Shown: positions 27,378 through 34,989 of the stretch, in pieces | Layout of the letters: each line of letters starts with the position of its first letter | How positions within the stretch are numbered: the first letter of the stretch is position 1 | DNA from: a virus | Strand: one strand, 5' to 3' | Virus genome (UHGV): UHGV-1362718 | DNA length: 39,906 nt | Made by a program: the position numbers and the translations under genes | The notes under the pieces: generated by a model | Told to the model about the DNA's origin: nothing | Database searches by the model: none | What the model saw: only the letters and a program-made list of their open reading frames with translations

Positions 27378-27962
27378 ATGAATAAACAAGAATTGATTGA
27401 AGAATTAGAATGCATAGAAGTTTCTACAGACAGCCTTGATTATTTGAAAGGTGCTGACTATGCCAACGAAAGAGCAATTAATTTAACAAAACAACTAGAT
27501 GAACCGATAAAAGTTGTTGTTCCGAAGTTTGTTGCGGAATGGCTTGATAAACATAAGTATTCCACTGATATAATTGATCTCTTTTTAAGCGTTGAGTACG
27601 CAACTGATTCAGATGGGTTTGTTGCTGAAAAATGGGATTACAGCGGAAAATTTTATGATTGGTTGAGTAATAGTGCAGATATACAGTTTACGTTGTGCGA
27701 CGCTATGAGGTATGGCTACGAAGTCGAGAAAGAGCCAACCATTCACGAGTTTAAAATTTTACCAGAATACTTTGAAGCAGTTGTTTCAGGTAACAAACGT
27801 TTTGAAATCCGTAAAAATGACCGTAACTATCAAAAAGGTGATATCTTACGCTTAAACGAATATCAAGACGGACAATATACAGGTGATGTCCATGTCGCAG
27901 AAATAACGTACATTACAGATTATGCCCAACAAGATGGTTATGTCGTCTTAGGAATTAAATGA
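27378..27962 (+). CDS. DUF1642-like N-domain fused to an ASCH/PUA-like (DUF3850-like) C-domain
   Basis: C-terminus FKILPEYFEAVVSGNKRFEIRKNDRNYQKGDIL matches ASCH-like folds. Confidence 0.4.
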   Translation: MNKQELIEELECIEVSTDSLDYLKGADYANERAINLTKQLDEPIKVVVPKFVAEWLDKHKYSTDIIDLFLSVEYATDSDGFVAEKWDYSGKFYDWLSNSADIQFTLCDAMRYGYEVEKEPTIHEFKILPEYFEAVVSGNKRFEIRKNDRNYQKGDILRLNEYQDGQYTGDVHVAEITYITDYAQQDGYVVLGIK

Positions 27963-27974
27963 AGTAGGTGACTA

Positions 27975-28460
27975 ATGAAAACTGATTTAACCAGACAAGC
28001 TGAGAAATGCTTGTGGCACTATACCAACAAAATGGGAGTATTCGGCTGTTTTGAGGTAACCATTGGCTGGTTTGGCAAGGAAAGAGTCGACTTTGTGACT
28101 TATTCTACTGACAACACTATTAGATGTTATGAAATAAAAGTAACGTTGGCAGACTTAAAAAGTTCTGCAAAACAAACGTTTTTAGGTGATTATAACTATT
28201 TAGTGGTCACTAACGAATTATGGGAAAAGATTCAAGCTAATCCAGATTTAAAATGGAAATATAGCAATCAGGGAATACTAATTTTTTCTGAATTAAAACA
28301 CAATTTAGGCATTACAAGTGTCAAAAAAGCGAAAAAGCAAAATGTCACATTAGGAACACGAGCAACAGTTTTAGAAAGTATGGTGCGATCTTTGAATCGA
28401 GAAGTTGAGAAATTTTACAAGGTAAATCCTTTTTGGGGATTAAGTGAGGAGGTCAAATAA
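27975..28460 (+). CDS. PD-(D/E)xK nuclease-like protein (MmcB-like)
   Basis: RVDFVTY...RCYEIKVTLADLK resembles a D...E.K nuclease core. Confidence 0.4.
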   Translation: MKTDLTRQAEKCLWHYTNKMGVFGCFEVTIGWFGKERVDFVTYSTDNTIRCYEIKVTLADLKSSAKQTFLGDYNYLVVTNELWEKIQANPDLKWKYSNQGILIFSELKHNLGITSVKKAKKQNVTLGTRATVLESMVRSLNREVEKFYKVNPFWGLSEEVK

Positions 28461-28643
28461 ATGGAACAACTCTTATTAACAAAAACTGGTGAAAACGAAA
28501 TCGGTATAAATGCTACAGGAATGGATGATAATGAAATTGTCTTCACGTTAGCTGCTGCTTTAATTGGATACAGCAAGGAATTGGGACTAACAGAAGCAAT
28601 ACTAAACGAAAGTATGTCCGTGCTGTGGAAAGATGGTGAATAA
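28461..28643 (+). CDS. hypothetical protein
   Basis: 60 aa, coupled to the upstream stop. Confidence 0.3.
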   Translation: MEQLLLTKTGENEIGINATGMDDNEIVFTLAAALIGYSKELGLTEAILNESMSVLWKDGE

Positions 28644-28829
28644 ATGAAACGCAATTGGAAAAGATTAATAAATAAAGTTAGTGGCATTGCAATAATGATT
28701 CTTGTAGCAAAAGCAGCCGTGAGCTATTTCGTGTATAGCAATGACATAACAAGCAGTGACCTCGTTTATTTCCTTTCATGCTCGTTTATTTTGGGGTTAG
28801 GGCTATATTTAGGAGGTTCAAGTGTATGA
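28644..28829 (+). CDS. small membrane protein
   Basis: 61 aa, two hydrophobic helices. Confidence 0.3.
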   Translation: MKRNWKRLINKVSGIAIMILVAKAAVSYFVYSNDITSSDLVYFLSCSFILGLGLYLGGSSV

Positions 28830-29026
28830 GTTATCCAGAAGTTTATATCTTAGGAAGGCAAGTCGATGGCGTTTATGTTGAGTATTCAGAACCATATCTT
28901 TCAAAAAAAGAAGCTGAATTTGATAAGCATCACTATGAAATGGGCCAATCAATGTCACATGATGCTGGCTCTTGGAAAATTTTAAAGTATGGCAGACCAA
29001 TTACACTGGAGGTGCAACATGGGTAA
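28826..29026 (+). CDS. hypothetical protein
   Basis: ATG 28826 after AGGAGGTTCAAGTGT. Confidence 0.3.
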   Translation: MSYPEVYILGRQVDGVYVEYSEPYLSKKEAEFDKHHYEMGQSMSHDAGSWKILKYGRPITLEVQHG

Positions 29027-29170
29027 GAAAAAATCAAAAATTAAAAAGAAAAAGCGTCGCTTGCAAGAAAAAGCAATTGCAAACGGCACTCAAAATTCTA
29101 AAAAATAAAAAAAGTCGGAATCGCTCCGACCAACCACATTGATATTATAACATAAAAGGAGCGATTTAAC

Positions 29171-29587
29171 TTGATTCAATTGTTAAAAGAAGTTGATTTC
29201 AGTCAGACTAGAGCCAATGCGAGAGCCGTGTTGAAAAATTTTAGACGTTTGGACCGAATAGCTGGTCGTTCCTTAGTAGATGTTCGGTCGCCAATCATTA
29301 CAGACATGCCCAAAGGTATAAAGCATGGTAACAAAGCAGAAGATGCGTTGATCCAGATGATTGATGTCGAAGTAGAGCGTGATGCAATTCTAACGGCTTT
29401 GATGTCATTAAGCATAATAAGTCGTCAAATTCTTCACTACAGTTTTTGCGTGCAGGACCATTACTCTAATTACAAAATCGCCAGAGAAATTGGATATTCT
29501 GAAAGAAGTATTCAAAGAATGAAATCAGAAGCTTTGATTGAATTTGCTGAAGCTTATCGAAATGGCAAAATAATTGCATATAAATAA
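29171..29587 (+). CDS. ArpU-family late-gene transcriptional activator
   Basis: 138 aa, TTG start after AAAGGAGCG. Last early gene before the packaging module. C-terminal sigma region-4-like HTH (IAREIGYSERSIQRMKSEAL). Confidence 0.7.
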   Translation: MIQLLKEVDFSQTRANARAVLKNFRRLDRIAGRSLVDVRSPIITDMPKGIKHGNKAEDALIQMIDVEVERDAILTALMSLSIISRQILHYSFCVQDHYSNYKIAREIGYSERSIQRMKSEALIEFAEAYRNGKIIAYK

Positions 29588-29591
29588 TTTT

Positions 29592-29619
29592 TGGCGGTTT
29601 TTTGGCGGAAAGTTGGCGG
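29592..29619 (+). repeat. three phased TGGCGG direct repeats (29592, 29604, 29614) just after the arpU stop
   Basis: TTTTGGCGGTTTTTTGGCGGAAAGTTGGCGGTTTTT with about 11-bp periodicity. GC-rich hexamers in an AT-rich context. Confidence 0.5.
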
Positions 29620-29652
29620 TTTTTATACGAATTTGAGTGCTAATATAGTAAT

Positions 29653-29804
29653 ATCGAAAGTCAAAGAAATGGACACATTACACAACGCTTTCTGGTTTAG
29701 TCACCGTTTGATTTGACTTTCGATGGTCACTTGCAGACTTACGTTCTCAATAAAATGAAGTGAGGTGAATAACCTCCTCTTTTTTCTACAGGTTTGCAAG
29801 TGAC
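29653..29804. repeat. nested inverted repeats: 13-bp ATCGAAAGTCAAA / TTTGACTTTCGAT (29653..29665 and 29712..29724) and 10-bp GTCACTTGCA / TGCAAGTGAC (29726..29735 and 29795..29804)
   Basis: Perfect inverted repeats read directly. The second pair encloses a short terminator hairpin. Confidence 0.5.
29762..29785 (+). terminator. short intrinsic terminator GAGGT-GAATA-ACCTC followed by CTCTTTTTT
   Basis: 5-bp stem plus T-run. Confidence 0.4.
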
Positions 29805-30190
29805 ACAAATAGTTGCTAGGGATGCAGTAGTAACTACCTGATTCATACTAGTCGAGGTTAGGTATATTTCTCTATCCCAGCATATGACGATAAGAACATT
29901 AACCAGATCTCTGCGGCAGCTGCTTACGCACGAGAGCAATTCCTAGACTCATAGAGTAGCAGCTAGGTACGTTTAGGATAAACTTAATCAATTGTTTTTG
30001 CTGGTGTTTGATTGATTGGTCACTGTGGTGGAATATAGACCATACAAGGTGCAAATCCTTGCCAGTGACATAATCATTTTAGCCGTGAAAGTCTGCGAAA
30101 GCTACGTCCTGATGGGAAAACATTCTGACGAGAGTGTGTAAAGGTTAATTTGATTTATTAGCAATTGCTAGAAGGTAGCTCCTTCTGGTT

Positions 30191-30264
30191 TGGCGTGTAG
30201 CATTGTGGTAATGCAACTTACTTCGTGTGAGATAAGATGCGGGTTCGAATCCTGTCACGCCAAT
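30191..30264 (+). tRNA. tRNA-like element (possible degenerate tRNA, anticodon-loop reading TCG, atypical pyrimidine at position 37)
   Basis: Acceptor TGGCGTG/CACGCCA (7 bp), U8, D arm GCAT-TGTGGTA-ATGC, anticodon stem 4/5 bp with loop CTTCGTG, 6-nt variable loop, canonical T arm GCGGG-TTCGAAT-CCTGT, discriminator A. Confidence 0.35.
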
Positions 30265-30358
30265 AGGTAGCATAGCTACTTAAATAAAAAAATCGTCAAT
30301 AAGTCAAATATAACTACCTTTACGATCAGATGACGGTTAAGATTTTCCCTCCTATCTA

Positions 30359-30389
30359 AGGCTGCACTTTCACCGTGCAGTCTTTTTTT
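30359..30389 (+). terminator. intrinsic terminator GGCTGCAC-tttcacc-GTGCAGTC followed by T7
   Basis: Lies downstream of the tRNA-like element. Confidence 0.55.
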
Positions 30390-30393
30390 ATAC

Positions 30394-30523
30394 GTAAAAA
30401 AACCACTAGATTATGGAATCTAGTGGATAGGTAGCAGACTATATTACAAAAAGATGGGCTTTCTAGGTGTAAATAACTGTTTCAGCATTTAAGGAGTTGC
30501 TACCCAAAAGCATTATAGCAAAT
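30394..30523 (-). ncRNA. repeat unit A of a four-member sRNA-like family (minus strand)
   Basis: Reverse complement reads TGcTATAAT (extended -10 at 30512..30520), GGGTAGCAACTCCTT at the 5' end, ...CTGCTACCTATCC, hairpin CCACTAGAT/ATCTAGTGG (30403..30426), then T7. Confidence 0.35.
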
Positions 30524-30608
30524 TAATAGTGATAGACATTATCCAATTTATGTAAGAAATGACATATTTAGTACATAAAATTAATTAAGAATGTCTCTTT
30601 TAGTATGT

Positions 30609-30733
30609 AAAAAACCGCTAATATCGGAAAATTAGCGGATAGGCAGTTATAGTAAGACTTGTTGATAGAATTTTAAATCGCAAAATCTAAATTCATCAAG
30701 AAGGAATTCCTGCCTGTAAAAATTCTAACAAAT
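30609..30733 (-). ncRNA. repeat unit B (most diverged copy)
   Basis: Reverse complement reads TGtTAGAAT -10-like box (30722..30730), CAGGCAGGAATTCCTT 5' end, hairpin CCGCTAAT/ATTAGCGG (30615..30638), then T6. Confidence 0.3.
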
Positions 30734-30830
30734 ATTAAAAAAATTGTAAAACATTTATGTGTTTGTTTTTTTTACATTAATTGCAATCGAGCTTCAGATG
30801 ATGAGTTAGTAACTATGTTTACTGAACAAC

Positions 30831-30949
30831 AAAAAAACCACCAGTGAAATTAATCATGGGTGGTTAGGTAGCTAGTACGATATGAGGAATTTCATGTGCA
30901 AGAAATTTTCTAAGGTATGTCGCTACCCGTAAATAAATTATAGCAAATC
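30831..30949 (-). ncRNA. repeat unit C
   Basis: Reverse complement reads TGcTATAAT (30938..30946), GGGTAGCGACATACCTT, ...AGCTACCTAACC, hairpin ACCACC../..GGTGGT (30837..30868), then T7. Confidence 0.35.
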
Positions 30950-30977
30950 ATTCATTAATTGTCTTGTCTGATGCATA

Positions 30978-31106
30978 TAAAAACCGCTAGTGGTGACATA
31001 CTAGCGGTTAGGTAGCTAATTGTGTGTCTTTTCATGGAATCATGAATTACATAAGGTGTTGATTTAAAAATAAAAGGAGTTGCTACCTAATAAAATTATA
31101 ACAAAT
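30978..31106 (-). ncRNA. repeat unit D
   Basis: Reverse complement reads TGtTATAAT (31095..31103), GGTAGCAACTCCTTTT, ...AGCTACCTAACC, hairpin ACCGCTAGT/ACTAGCGGT (30983..31008), then T5. Confidence 0.35.
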
Positions 31107-31168
31107 AAGAATGATGAATAAAAGAGATTGCCTTGATGGCTGCTTTTTTTGTTTGGAGGGAATGAAGG

Positions 31169-31393
31169 ATGGATAATTATTGGTACATATCCCTGAACCA
31201 CCATTATCCGAAACCCATGAAAAACCAACATAAACGGGTAGTAATGTCGGTGCAGATTAAGAAAGAATATTCCATCATTGAGATGACACGAGAAGCTACA
31301 CCACAAGAAATTGACTATTGCAAGTTGGTATATTGCGGTCATGGGTGTTGGAGTGACAAACATGTACAAGAGAATGTAGAGAAGTATATTTGA
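31169..31393 (+). CDS. hypothetical small protein (74 aa)
   Basis: GGAGGGAATGAAGG RBS. The only plausible ORF in the 1.85 kb gap. Confidence 0.3.
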   Translation: MDNYWYISLNHHYPKPMKNQHKRVVMSVQIKKEYSIIEMTREATPQEIDYCKLVYCGHGCWSDKHVQENVEKYI

Positions 31394-31445
31394 TTTACGA
31401 AAACAAACTCAACTATTGAAGCGAAAAGTGAGGTGGTGTTAATGG

Positions 31446-32240
31446 ATGGCTAGAAAAAGAGACCCTCGTCGTGATGAAGCTAAAAAAATATGGCTAGATT
31501 CAGGTGGGAAAAAGGTTCTTAAAGAATTAGCTAGTGAACTAAATGTTTCTGATTCTCAAATCAGGAAATGGAAATCTGTTGATAAATGGGCGGAAGAATT
31601 AAAAGGTAACGTTACTAAATCGAATAGTAACGTTACCAATAAAAGTGGAGCGCCGCCAGGTAATAAAAATGCTAAGGGGAACAAAGGAGGTTCTCCTCCT
31701 AAAGGTAATAAGAACGCTATTAAAACTGGCGAATACGAAACAATATTTGCCGATATGTTATCTGACGAAGAAAAGGACATCTATTCTAATCTGAATGATG
31801 ATCCTTTTTTTATTTTGAATGATGAAATTCGCCTGCTTAAAATTCGCCAGTTTAGAATGATGAAACGTATTAAAGAGGCTGAGAAAGGCTTAAACGATGA
31901 AGAAGTTGAACGACTGCAACAGTTGCGAAAAGTCAAAGAACCATCTTCGATTGGCGGAAAAGTTGTCACTGTCAAGAGAGAAGTTTTAAAAGATGTGCAA
32001 ATAACTCGTAAGACATTTAGAAAACTAGATGACATTCTGGCTATTGAAGATGCGTTGACAAGAATTAGCAATCAGTTAACAAAGGCTATTAAGCAACAGA
32101 ATGCCTTGCTAGCAAATGATGCCAAATTACAACTATTGAAGGTTCAAACTGAAAAAGTTAAAGCTAGTTTAGATGCTACAAGTGGAGACATGGATATGCC
32201 AGTTTTCATCGATGATATATCAGGTGATGAATATGAGTAA
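31446..32240 (+). CDS. terS: terminase small subunit
   Basis: 264 aa. N-terminal HTH (KELASELNVSDSQIRKWK), Gly/Lys-rich linker, coiled-coil C-terminus. Stop overlaps the terL start. Confidence 0.7.
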   Translation: MARKRDPRRDEAKKIWLDSGGKKVLKELASELNVSDSQIRKWKSVDKWAEELKGNVTKSNSNVTNKSGAPPGNKNAKGNKGGSPPKGNKNAIKTGEYETIFADMLSDEEKDIYSNLNDDPFFILNDEIRLLKIRQFRMMKRIKEAEKGLNDEEVERLQQLRKVKEPSSIGGKVVTVKREVLKDVQITRKTFRKLDDILAIEDALTRISNQLTKAIKQQNALLANDAKLQLLKVQTEKVKASLDATSGDMDMPVFIDDISGDEYE

Positions 32241-33501
32241 AAAATTATCTGAATTTCTTCCTAAAGCATTTCATACTACTTGGAGGGTAGCATTAAACTC
32301 AAATATATTACATGTTGTTGAAAAAGGTGGCCGTGGGTCAGGTAAATCATCTGGCATAGCACACATAATCGTTCAATTGATTATGAGATATCCTGTAAAT
32401 GCTGTGGCCATTAGATATGTTGATAATACGATTGAGCTATCTATTTTTGAACAAATTAAGTGGGCTATTGAAGAACAAGGTGTGTCTAAGTATTTTAAAG
32501 TAAATAAAAGTCCTATGAAAATCACCTATAAACCCAGGGGGAATTATATTGTTTTTCGTGGTGCACAGAATCCAGAAAGGATTAAGTCATTAAAAGATTC
32601 AAGATTTCCATTTGCTATAGCTTGGATTGAGGAATTAGCCGAGTTTAAAACTGAAGATGATGTAAAAACCATAACTAACTCATTGCTACGTGGTGAATTA
32701 GCAGATGGTCTTTTTTATAAATTTTTTTATTCGTACAATCCTCCTAAGCGACGACAATCATGGGTTAATAAGAAATATGAATCTAGCTTCCAACCTGAGA
32801 ATACTTTTGTTCATCATTCAACATATAAGGATAATCCATTCATAGCTCAAGCATTTATTGAAGAAGTTAATGCCACGAGAGCTAAGAATCCGAAACGTGC
32901 TGAGTGGGAGTATGACGGCAAAGCTATTGGTTCAGGAGTTGTTCCGTTTGATAATTTACGAGTAATAAAAGGTTGTATTACTGATGAGATGGTAGCTAAC
33001 TTTGATAATATCAGAAACGGTCTTGACTTCGGTTATGCTACTGATCCGCTAGCATTTGTTAGATGGCACTACGATAAGAAAAAGAATGGCATCTATGCTG
33101 TTGATGAAATTTATGGAGTGAAAATCAGTAATCGTGAGTTTGCCCAAAAGGCGAAAGCAAAAGGTTATCAGTCTGATCGTATTGCATCGGATTCAGCAGA
33201 ACCTAAATCCATAGCAGAATTGAATAATGAACACGGAATGAGCCGCGTATTTGGGGTTAAAAAAGGCCCCGACTCTGTGCAGTATGGCGAGGAATGGTTG
33301 GATGATTTGGATTTTATTTGTATCGACCCACTAAGAACTCCAAATATAGCCAAAGAGTTTGAAAACATTGATTATCAGACGGATAAAGATGGCAATCCTA
33401 AGCCAAGGCTTGAAGATAAAGATAACCATACAATCGATGCAACAAGATACGCTTTTAGCGAAGACATGGAGAAAAATAACGTAAGTTTCATTAAATTTTA
33501 G
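32233..33501 (+). CDS. terL: terminase large subunit, PBSX family
   Basis: Walker A (VEKGGRGSGKSSGIAHII), ATPase then nuclease domains. ATG 32233 overlaps the terS stop. Confidence 0.9.
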   Translation: MSKKLSEFLPKAFHTTWRVALNSNILHVVEKGGRGSGKSSGIAHIIVQLIMRYPVNAVAIRYVDNTIELSIFEQIKWAIEEQGVSKYFKVNKSPMKITYKPRGNYIVFRGAQNPERIKSLKDSRFPFAIAWIEELAEFKTEDDVKTITNSLLRGELADGLFYKFFYSYNPPKRRQSWVNKKYESSFQPENTFVHHSTYKDNPFIAQAFIEEVNATRAKNPKRAEWEYDGKAIGSGVVPFDNLRVIKGCITDEMVANFDNIRNGLDFGYATDPLAFVRWHYDKKKNGIYAVDEIYGVKISNREFAQKAKAKGYQSDRIASDSAEPKSIAELNNEHGMSRVFGVKKGPDSVQYGEEWLDDLDFICIDPLRTPNIAKEFENIDYQTDKDGNPKPRLEDKDNHTIDATRYAFSEDMEKNNVSFIKF

Positions 33502-33513
33502 GAGGTGGAATGA

Positions 33514-34989
33514 TTGTTCCAAAGTGATTTAACGTTGAGTCGATATAAAAGATTACGAACGAAATATTCTACGCAAATAAACGAAGAGCTGTTTGATCCA
33601 AATGACTTTATAACAGAGATGAAGCCATTTTTTGATGACAGAGAGCGTAAATACAAAGCTTATACAAGTGAAGAAAATGAGATTGATAGCAGACCTAAAC
33701 CAAACACAAAAATTATAAAAGTGAATAATAAACTTCACGCTGGCTTATACAACACCATTGTTGATCAAGCAGCTGATCATTTCACAGGTATCCCAGTTAA
33801 ATGGGATTATGATATTACTGAACAACGGAAGTCCTTAATTCAAAAAACAAAGGATTTATTTTTAGGTAACGTCAGCGCGAAGATAAAAACACCTAAAGAA
33901 TTCGATAGACTAGCAGAATTAGTTAAAGAAATGCGATTCGCAATGTTGGATTCAGACACGGCACGATATCAAGGCGCTTGTGGGGTTGCTTTTCGTTTGT
34001 TAGAACCCGTTGAAACTGCGGGAGAGTGGCAATTGTGGGCATGTAATGTTGAGCCATGGAGAGCCGAAAAATATGAAAATGCAGATATTTTCATTCGAGA
34101 GAAATATGACACACACCAAAAGAAGTTTTTCGAAGAAATGAAAGTTGTTACTAAGAAAAAAATCTTAACGTATAACAGATACGTGGAAACAAATTTAATG
34201 AATGCGGCTGAAACATTTAAATTGACAGCAGAAACTGATAACCCTTTAGAAACCTTCTACCTATCAGAATTTAAAAACAACACGAATCGTTATTGCGATT
34301 TTGAAGTAGCAGAGGAACTTTCTGATGCATTTGATAGAAGCCTGTCAGACCAGCAAAACGAGGTAGAGCAATTTAAATTAGCGTATATGATGATTAGCGG
34401 GTCTCGTTTAGGCGAAGAAGAAGCACAGAGGATGATGGAGCAATTAGGTATTATTAACTTGCCAGATCCACAAGCTAAGGTTGGCTATGTAACGAAAGAT
34501 ATTAACAAAGATTTCAACGAGTATCATCTTAATCAGCTGAAAAAGCTTTACTACACAGTCACTAAGTCAATCGACTTCAACGATGAAGTATTTAAATCCA
34601 ATAGCTCTGGTGAAGCTCGCAAGTGGCAAATAATAGCACTAGAAGCCAAAACAAACACGAAAGAACAGTACTTCAAAGAAGGATTAAAAGAAGTTGCAGA
34701 GACGATGGCAGCTTTTATAAAATTTAACGATAAATTAGAAGTAGATGTTTCTAAAATTGTGTTTACATTTAGTCGTAGTTTACCAACCGATATTGGATAT
34801 CTTGCTGAGGCGTTGCCTAAATTAGCACCTTATGTATCAAAACGTACTATCATTAATCAAATTCCATTCGTTAAAGATCCAGATTACGAGGCGGACATGA
34901 TGAATTTAGAACAAGGGCAAAACTATCCAAGCGGGGAATACGGCAAGCTAGGCGGTGCGGATAATGACGAAGAAGAAAATAACGGCTAG
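33514..34989 (+). CDS. portal protein (SPP1 gp6-like)
   Basis: 491 aa directly after terL, TTG start after TAGGAGGTGG. Acidic C-terminus. Confidence 0.85.
   Translation: MFQSDLTLSRYKRLRTKYSTQINEELFDPNDFITEMKPFFDDRERKYKAYTSEENEIDSRPKPNTKIIKVNNKLHAGLYNTIVDQAADHFTGIPVKWDYDITEQRKSLIQKTKDLFLGNVSAKIKTPKEFDRLAELVKEMRFAMLDSDTARYQGACGVAFRLLEPVETAGEWQLWACNVEPWRAEKYENADIFIREKYDTHQKKFFEEMKVVTKKKILTYNRYVETNLMNAAETFKLTAETDNPLETFYLSEFKNNTNRYCDFEVAEELSDAFDRSLSDQQNEVEQFKLAYMMISGSRLGEEEAQRMMEQLGIINLPDPQAKVGYVTKDINKDFNEYHLNQLKKLYYTVTKSIDFNDEVFKSNSSGEARKWQIIALEAKTNTKEQYFKEGLKEVAETMAAFIKFNDKLEVDVSKIVFTFSRSLPTDIGYLAEALPKLAPYVSKRTIINQIPFVKDPDYEADMMNLEQGQNYPSGEYGKLGGADNDEEENNG

Noticed and set aside
29650-30150. 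Retron ncRNA (a1/a2 inverted repeats) or group I/II intron
   Set aside because: No reverse transcriptase, homing endonuclease or intron-encoded ORF nearby. No recognisable intron core motifs and no interrupted gene.
30394-31106. CRISPR array or type III toxin-antitoxin RNA repeats
   Set aside because: Unit length is about 120-200 bp with no short repeat/spacer alternation, no cas or toxin gene nearby, and each unit has its own promoter and terminator.
30490-31120. Plus-strand mini-ORFs in the repeat blocks (AAGGAG then TTG/ATG giving MLPKSIIAN, MSLPVNKL, MLPNKIITNKNDE)
   Set aside because: Copy B has no start codon, peptide sequences are poorly conserved while the nucleotide block is, and the reverse complement gives textbook TGnTATAAT promoters. 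The RBS-like AAGGAG is more likely the complement of a CUCCUU segment of a minus-strand RNA. Translation is not excluded.
31126-31150. Terminator GCC-ttgat-GGC followed by TGCTTTTTTTG
   Set aside because: The stem is only 3-4 bp and too weak to call, although the T-run is present.
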